Source: a virus (Duplodnaviria > Heunggongvirae > Uroviricota > Caudoviricetes). From it: a DNA stretch of 64,000 nucleotides. The notes beneath the pieces are model-generated. The model had not been told where the DNA came from. It ran no database searches and worked only from the letters and a program-made list of their open reading frames with translations. The position numbers were made by a program, and so were the translations under genes. The stretch lies in the IMG/VR virus record IMGVR_UViG_3300010162_000009, one strand, 5' to 3'. Shown one piece after another: positions 58,191 through 64,000 of the stretch (positions are counted from its first letter, which is position 1; each line of letters opens with the position of its first letter).

Positions 58191-58273
58191 AATTTAAAAA
58201 ACTCTTACACTTTTTATTTTAAATATTGAAAAAACATTCTTTATTATTATTTTAGTTAATAAAATGAAGAATT

Positions 58274-58912
58274 ATGTTCGATAGTGTATTTGAAGAAAAA
58301 TGGTTTGAAGAAAAAAATAAATCAGTCGGTCACTTAGTAACCCTTATTAAGAAGGCACCTGCAATATTAAAGAAATACAAGTTTGATAAAATTCAATCTG
58401 AAATTATTTCTAAATTATTAAAATCTAACGATGATTTTTGGCGTTATATTGAAGAAAGTACTGAACAAAGTCGTAAAGTAAGAACGGTAATAGACGATAT
58501 TGAAGAAAAAGTAAATACTTTAACAGAAAAAATACTTAAAGAAAAAGTAAGTGAATTTCCAAATCAGGATGTAATAGATATGTTGATGGGTGAACTTGAA
58601 TATATCAAAGATAATTTTGATCCTGATACAAATATTCTTGTTACATATGAAGAAGTTAATAAAGATTATGATGATACCGAATTAGTATTTTTCTTTATTG
58701 ATAATGCCGAAAAAATAGACAAACTTCTTGAAAATACCATGAACAAGGAAGGTGGTTTTTTCAATAAAGATGAATTGTTTTTAGGATACTTTTTAAAATT
58801 GTTTGCTCTTAGTATGAATAATTTTGCAATAGAAATTAAAGATACGGAGATAGTATTGAAAGCAATTGTTGATGAACAAGATTTTGAAGCGTTTAAAGAA
58901 CTAAGTAGTTAA
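58274..58912 (+). CDS. Hypothetical protein
   Basis: 212-aa acidic helical ORF. Confidence 0.8.
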   Translation: MFDSVFEEKWFEEKNKSVGHLVTLIKKAPAILKKYKFDKIQSEIISKLLKSNDDFWRYIEESTEQSRKVRTVIDDIEEKVNTLTEKILKEKVSEFPNQDVIDMLMGELEYIKDNFDPDTNILVTYEEVNKDYDDTELVFFFIDNAEKIDKLLENTMNKEGGFFNKDELFLGYFLKLFALSMNNFAIEIKDTEIVLKAIVDEQDFEAFKELSS

Positions 58913-58939
58913 TATAATCAAAAAAATAGAGAATTACAT

Positions 58940-59722
58940 ATGAAAAATTTGACGGTAATTATACCCCTTTTAGAAGGTTATGACAGAACAAACTTGTTGA
59001 AAGCAACAAGAACAATTAAAGACCAAACAATGCAACCAGCAACCATTATACTTGCAATGTCAAATAAAGTGGATGAAGAGGAAAATTATAATTTAAGCAT
59101 AAAAGAGGTTTTAGATGAAGGAAATATTGAAGTAAGTAAAGCAGTATATAGAGAAGGAGATACCCCAACAACAGCGGATTTAATCAATTACGCAGTTTCT
59201 ACTGTAGACACAAAATATTTTATGGTAATGGAACATAATGAGGGTCTAACCGGTAAAACTTGGTTTGAAACAATTGAAAGATATATTTCAAAATCTTATG
59301 ATTATTCAATTTACCTACCATTAACGAAGGTAATAAACAGCGAATCTCAATTTCATCATTATTTAAATGAACAGTGGTTTGCACTTGGATTTACCGATGA
59401 AGAACTTGGCGTAGTTTCCGAAGAAGGTTTGAAAAATCTATATGAAATGAATATCACCGGCGGTGTAATAGACAAAGAAGACTTTCTTGAAGTCGGTGGT
59501 CTGAAAAACAATATTCCACATTTCTATTGGTATGAATTTGCTATTAGAATGTGTTTTAACAAAAAGGGTATTTATGTCATTCCAAAATCATTATATACCG
59601 TTCCGATGAAGAATTTTGATGGTATTTCCAGAGAAGAGTATCAATTCTATTACGAAGCGGCTCAACAGGAATACTTCTTTAAAACTCAACGTGAATTAAG
59701 TTTTTCAAATGACAGAAAGTAA
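58940..59722 (+). CDS. Glycosyltransferase family 2-like (GT-A) protein
   Basis: LTVIIP, LINYAV..VDTKYFMVM, GGVIDKEDFLEVGGL, YEFAIRM. Confidence 0.65.
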   Translation: MKNLTVIIPLLEGYDRTNLLKATRTIKDQTMQPATIILAMSNKVDEEENYNLSIKEVLDEGNIEVSKAVYREGDTPTTADLINYAVSTVDTKYFMVMEHNEGLTGKTWFETIERYISKSYDYSIYLPLTKVINSESQFHHYLNEQWFALGFTDEELGVVSEEGLKNLYEMNITGGVIDKEDFLEVGGLKNNIPHFYWYEFAIRMCFNKKGIYVIPKSLYTVPMKNFDGISREEYQFYYEAAQQEYFFKTQRELSFSNDRK

Positions 59723-60524
59723 AGAAAAAGATACCCCCAAAAGGGGGCGTGGGAGACCTAGAAAACACGAAATAACAAGTGCTACTGGCGATTATTTTCG
59801 TGAATTTGAGGATTCGATTCTCATATATAATACTTCTGAAAACCAAGCGGAAAAGGATAAACTTTTCAGAGAGAAAATGTATACCCCACTTCGCTTAATG
59901 GTACAAACAATATTAAGAAGATATTATAGAAGCAGAGGATTCCCCATTGATATGAGTGATGAAGAACTTATCGTTGAAACAATGTCATTCATTGTCGGAA
60001 TACTTCATAGATTTGATAGCACCAGAGGAACAAAATGTTATTCCTATATCCAAACTGTTATTAAACATTACTTTGAAAGCGTATTCAGAGGTTATTTTAA
60101 ATTTAATTTCAAAGAGGAACATAGGGGCGATACAAGCGATATTGTTCAAAGAATGTATCGTTTAGACGAAGTTCCACACCTGTCAAATTCAACATCAAAT
60201 AATGACGATAATGAACAGGTTGAACTAGTAAACCTTATTATAAGAGCAACAATAACAGACATTGATAATTCAATTAAAAACAGAGAACAATCTGATTTGA
60301 ATGAAAATGACTGTTTGGTTGGTACAGCAATAATGGATATATTATCAAATTATGAAGAAATTTTCGGTAATGAAAACACAACAAATAAATTTAATAAGTC
60401 TATTATTCTGTGCAGAATATCTGAAATGACGCTATTAAATCATAAGACTATTAGAATATCATTGAAGAAATATAAAGAGATTTATAAAACATCTAAACAA
60501 AACCTTTTATCAAGATACGTATGA
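59709..60524 (+). CDS. Sigma-factor-like protein (T4 gp55-like) with N-terminal AT-hook
   Basis: PKRGRGRPRK; region-2-like LHRFDSTRGTKCYSYIQTVIK. Confidence 0.6.
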   Translation: MTESKEKDTPKRGRGRPRKHEITSATGDYFREFEDSILIYNTSENQAEKDKLFREKMYTPLRLMVQTILRRYYRSRGFPIDMSDEELIVETMSFIVGILHRFDSTRGTKCYSYIQTVIKHYFESVFRGYFKFNFKEEHRGDTSDIVQRMYRLDEVPHLSNSTSNNDDNEQVELVNLIIRATITDIDNSIKNREQSDLNENDCLVGTAIMDILSNYEEIFGNENTTNKFNKSIILCRISEMTLLNHKTIRISLKKYKEIYKTSKQNLLSRYV

Positions 60525-60757
60525 ATATAACAACAAAATTTAATCTAAAAGAAGCGGTCATAACCATTGTTAAAAATAGAATATCAGGTTTTAAAGTGGT
60601 TGGTATTGATATTAAAGTTAATGAAAGCAATATAATTGATATACTATACACATTAGAATACGGAGATGAGAAATATGTAGAATATGAATACAACATATTT
60701 TCAACTATTGGAGAAGCAGAAGTTTTCTTTGATAGATACGAAATAAATAAAAAATAA
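60521..60757 (+). CDS. Hypothetical protein
   Basis: 78 aa, ATGA-coupled. Confidence 0.7.
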   Translation: MNITTKFNLKEAVITIVKNRISGFKVVGIDIKVNESNIIDILYTLEYGDEKYVEYEYNIFSTIGEAEVFFDRYEINKK

Positions 60758-60776
60758 TTCAAAAAAAACAAATAAG

Positions 60777-61220
60777 ATGCCAAACAAAAAAGAATTAGAT
60801 TTTTTAAAAAAAAATCAAGAATTTGTACAACAAATGATGTCTGAAAGAGATGAAGATTTGAATAAATCTGATGAAAAATTGACCGAACCGGTACAAGAAA
60901 CCAATGAATTTCCTGTATTTCCGGAACATGAACTTGAAATAAGTTCTGCTCTATTAAAATACTTAAAGGAAATGAATGATTTGATATTTGAAAAAACAAA
61001 AGAAATCATTAGATCAGAAACGAAAATTGAAACATTAGGACAACGTGTTCTTGAATTAGAAAACCTATGTTCAAGTTGTTGTTCAGGCGGAAAAGAGGAA
61101 AACGTTAATATTGGAAACGTTAAATTTCCTGGTGTTAAAGGTGGATTAATGCCACCAAAAGGTGAACTTAAATTTCCTCCAAAAACCGGTTCATCGTCAA
61201 ACTTCTACCGATCACCCTAA
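60777..61220 (+). CDS. Hypothetical coiled-coil protein
   Basis: 147-aa ORF. Confidence 0.75.
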   Translation: MPNKKELDFLKKNQEFVQQMMSERDEDLNKSDEKLTEPVQETNEFPVFPEHELEISSALLKYLKEMNDLIFEKTKEIIRSETKIETLGQRVLELENLCSSCCSGGKEENVNIGNVKFPGVKGGLMPPKGELKFPPKTGSSSNFYRSP

Positions 61221-61633
61221 TTTCTCGAATACGCTATTTTGAAACGAAACCCCCATTGATTAGTTGTTTTTGAAATGAAATCGTTGACGAGGGTTTGAAC
61301 ATGTGGTTGTATCATATCAAACGATATAACCTCATGTTTTTGCTTTACCGTTAATGTAGTTACCAAACAACTTGCTTTATCTTTCTTTACCTTTGTAGAA
61401 GCAAAGGAGGTTTTTTGAATAAACCTTTCGGAAAATATACTATCTTCCGGCATCTTATAAGAATCAATAGAATCCAATATAATATTAGAATTTATATTAT
61501 CATCTAATGGTGTAATATAAGTCTGTAATTTTATGTAGAATGTTATGGGATTCTTAACGTCAAACGTACCATAACTTATCTTCCAACTATTATCTAAATG
61601 TAAGGGAAGGGATTTGCCTTTTCTGGAGATCAT
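61217..61633 (-). CDS. Hypothetical protein
   Basis: 138-aa ORF; TATTTATC upstream on the minus strand. Confidence 0.75.
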   Translation of the reverse strand: MISRKGKSLPLHLDNSWKISYGTFDVKNPITFYIKLQTYITPLDDNINSNIILDSIDSYKMPEDSIFSERFIQKTSFASTKVKKDKASCLVTTLTVKQKHEVISFDMIQPHVQTLVNDFISKTTNQWGFRFKIAYSRN

Positions 61634-61718
61634 AAAAAAATGCTTATTGATAAATAAACAGTTTTTTTATGATTTTCCGCAATAATACCCATTTTGAAAG
61701 TATTAATGATTCTCTAAC

Positions 61719-62084
61719 CTAAAGTCTACAAAAATCAGATCTAAAACTTACACCAGATTTATTTTTAATCAATCTTACTGCACCCATTAATTCTCCAGTA
61801 TAAGCAAGTATATCTTCAAAACGACGTGTGTTTTCTTTCAATACTTCATTACCTTCACCATGTCTAAACATAGACATAAATTCTAATCCAGCTTTCTGTA
61901 ATTTTGCTCCTGCCATATAAATGTCTTGAAAGGCACCATAAAAACCACCCGGATATACAGAAAGATATCTATCCTCTTCTTCTTCATTCAATTTTCTTTT
62001 ATTGACATGAAAATTTGCCATATTCCTTTTTACACTTTCTTCTATTATCCGGTGTAAATCTGACTTTGTTATTGTTTTTGTCAT
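61719..62084 (-). CDS. Probable head-internal protein
   Basis: MTKTITKSDLHRIIEESVKR...KLNEEE leader; TATTTATA upstream (62117-62124). Confidence 0.6.
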   Translation of the reverse strand: MTKTITKSDLHRIIEESVKRNMANFHVNKRKLNEEEEDRYLSVYPGGFYGAFQDIYMAGAKLQKAGLEFMSMFRHGEGNEVLKENTRRFEDILAYTGELMGAVRLIKNKSGVSFRSDFCRL

Positions 62085-62185
62085 AGTATTTTTCTAATAT
62101 TAAAACTTATTTTTAATATAAATAGTTGATTTTTTTTTTGTTACGTTCAAGTATTGATTTTGTGTCAGGGGTTTTTTTGCTGACA

Positions 62186-62196
62186 TGATCAGAAAA
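62186..62196 (+). promoter_or_regulatory. TGATCAGAAAA motif
   Basis: Upstream of the endonuclease gene; a TATATTTG (-7 box) follows at 62215-62222. Confidence 0.55.
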
Positions 62197-62282
62197 ATAT
62201 TTTAAGATTTTATTTATATTTGTGAATCTAATAATGTATATTGATTTTTATGCCAAAAAGAAATATTAGAGTAGAAGATTAT

Positions 62283-62506
62283 CCAATGGTATTAGATTGG
62301 GGTGGGTATGAAACCACTTATTCAAAATTACCATGTAAATGTGAAAAATGTGGTAATACACTATTTAAATCCATTAATAAGTTAGACCAACATAAAACTT
62401 GTTTTTGTAAAAAATGTAGTTATAAAATTAGAGGATTAAAAAAAAGAAGAATTATCAATCATTCCGACTACCCAATGGTATTAGATTGGGGTGGGTATGA
62501 AACCAC
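62283..62506 (+). repeat. Intragenic tandem duplication, 189-nt period
   Basis: 35-nt identical core CCAATGGTATTAGATTGGGGTGGGTATGAAACCAC at 62283 and 62472. Confidence 0.9.
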
Positions 62507-63158
62507 CCATTCAAAACTACCATGTAGATGTGAAGGGTGCGGTGATACTGTTTTTAAAACAATACATGATTTAGATATGGAAAAAACATGTTTTTGCAGA
62601 AAATGTGGAAACACAATTAAACTAAAACAGAATAATCTTGAAAAATATGGGGTTGAACACACTGCTTTATTAAAAACAGTTAAAGAAAAAAGAATAAAAA
62701 CTAATCTTAATAGATATGGTGTTGAAAACACATTTCAGTCTTCTGAAATAAAGAAAAAGATAAAAGATATAGTTTTTGAAAAGTACGGTGTTCCCTATTC
62801 TTGTATGTTAGAAGTTTGTCGAAAAGCAGCAAAAACAATATCAAAATACAATTCATATTGGTTTGAATTAATCAAAAAAAAACTAGGTGTTGAATCTAAA
62901 TTTGAATATTCGATTAACAAAACTTCATTTGACTTAAAAATAAATAATATTCTTATTGATATTAACCCAACCTTTTCACATAATTCAACGTACAGTTATG
63001 CTTATGCAGCAGGAAAAACAAATGAAAATAAACCGTTTCCATCAACACACCACTTTAATAGATGGAAATTAGCAAAAGATAACGGATACACCCTAATATC
63101 TATTTTTGATAACATGGATGAAAATAAAATATTGAACATTATCCGCTCAAAGATAAAT

Positions 63159-63722
63159 AAAAACGAAATACGAATCGGTGCGAGAGAATGTAAAATAAAA
63201 GAAATATCGCAAAAAGAGTGTAACCTGTTTTTAGATGAATATCACATTCAGAACAGAGCATCTGGTCAAAAACACTGTATTGCGTTGTTTTTTGAAAACG
63301 AATTAGTCGGTGTGATGACATTCGGACAACCGCGTTTCAACAAGAAATATGATTGGGAATTGGTCCGGTTATGCTTCAAACCTAATATAACTGTTCAGGG
63401 CGGTGTATCTAAAATGTGGAATTACTTCAAAACCACGTATAATCCAACGAGTTGTATTTGTTATTTGAATCTAAATCTTGGTGGTGACAACATACATCTT
63501 GAAGATTTTAAGTTTGTAAAATACAATAAACCGGCAGGTTATTGGATACATCTGAAAACCGTAAGAACAATAACCAACAACTCTTTACGCTTTAAGGGTG
63601 CAAGTAGATTTATAGGAGATGAAGATTTAGTAAAATATCCGAAAGGTATGGATAATCGTGAGATAATGAAGTTGGAGGGATTTGTGGAGATGTATGATTG
63701 TGGCAATGCGATATACGAATAT
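63159..63722 (+). repeat. Diverged direct repeat of window bases 1-564
   Basis: Colinear without indels; most differences at third codon positions. Confidence 0.9.
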
Positions 63723-64000
63723 TTAGAATCCCACCAAATTTCTCAAATTCTGATTAAATGAACCATATGCTGTTTGAGGATTAATATTTTCTATGTCAGA
63801 TTTACGTAAAACATATTCTTTTTCACCATCACCTTCACCATCCGGATAAATATCATATTTATCACCACCAGGTCTTTGTTTCCAATAATCTTCAACCGTT
63901 TGTCCGTAAGGTTCGCTAAAAGTTCTTCTACCTTTAAGTTTTTCAACTTCAGTAGGTACGCGTTGTGCCAAATCAGACTTTACGGATTGAAGTTCTTGGT
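63723..64000 (-). CDS. Hypothetical protein, C-terminal part (5' end outside window)
   Basis: Frame stays open to the window edge (QELQSVKSDLAQRVPTE...); 3' end overlaps the endonuclease gene by 39 nt. Confidence 0.7.
   Translation of the reverse strand, partial: QELQSVKSDLAQRVPTEVEKLKGRRTFSEPYGQTVEDYWKQRPGGDKYDIYPDGEGDGEKEYVLRKSDIENINPQTAYGSFNQNLRNLVGF

Larger units (their letters stand above)
62250..63761 (+). mobile_element. Hef-like homing endonuclease gene (duplicated Zn modules, KYGV repeats, PD-(D/E)xK-like core, GNAT/Mom-like C-terminal domain)
   Basis: NLEKYGVE/NRYGVEN/EKYGVP repeats; FEYSI...FDLKI..ILIDINPTFSH; free-standing, opposite strand to both neighbours. ATG 62250 preferred over TTG 62241. 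Confidence 0.75.

Noticed and set aside
62163-62185. TGTCAG/CTGACA hairpin as a terminator
   Set aside because: Short stem with an 11-nt loop, between divergent genes where no transcript should end.
63159-63722. Terminal repeat or assembly circularity suggested by similar window ends
   Set aside because: The copies differ at many synonymous sites and have different flanks, so they are paralogues.
62283-63722. Diversity-generating retroelement TR/VR pair
   Set aside because: Differences are not adenine-specific and no reverse transcriptase is present in the window.
1-64000. Stop-codon reassignment as in Lak or some crAss-like phages
   Set aside because: Multi-kb ORFs are intact in code 11; TAG, TGA and TAA all end genes at tight junctions; no suppressor tRNA seen.
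1-64000. CRISPR array
   Set aside because: No regularly spaced direct repeats with unique spacers were seen.

Overview
AT-rich segment of a large T4-like (myovirus-type) jumbo phage genome read in the standard genetic code. The host is probably Bacteroidota: genes have A-rich starts without SD motifs, there are TAnnTTTG promoter boxes, and the tmRNA tag ends in YALAA. Layout: (1) 1-7.4 kb DNA metabolism (Hef-like endonuclease, Dam-family methylase, UvsX/RecA, HAD nucleotidase); (2) 7.4-21.8 kb baseplate/virion genes (gp25-like, gp6-like, a 2858-aa protein); (3) 21.8-41.9 kb accessory block (metallophosphoesterase, T4 RNase H-like flap nuclease, stable-RNA cluster, radical SAM enzyme, 2051-aa polyvalent protein); (4) 42-58.2 kb tail/baseplate genes; (5) 58.3-64 kb glycosyltransferase, gp55-like sigma factor and a second Hef-like endonuclease. 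Two candidates for undescribed systems stand out. The first is a 65-nt self-closing RNA between tmRNA and tRNA-Ile2 that reproduces the 23S rRNA H43/H44 uL11-binding (GTPase-associated) domain, inside a boxA-containing stable-RNA operon. The second is four proteins with otherwise divergent bodies that share an N-terminal FETNSSSxH motif in identical register, three of them near or flanking a radical SAM gene. All family calls come from recalled motifs; no searches were run.
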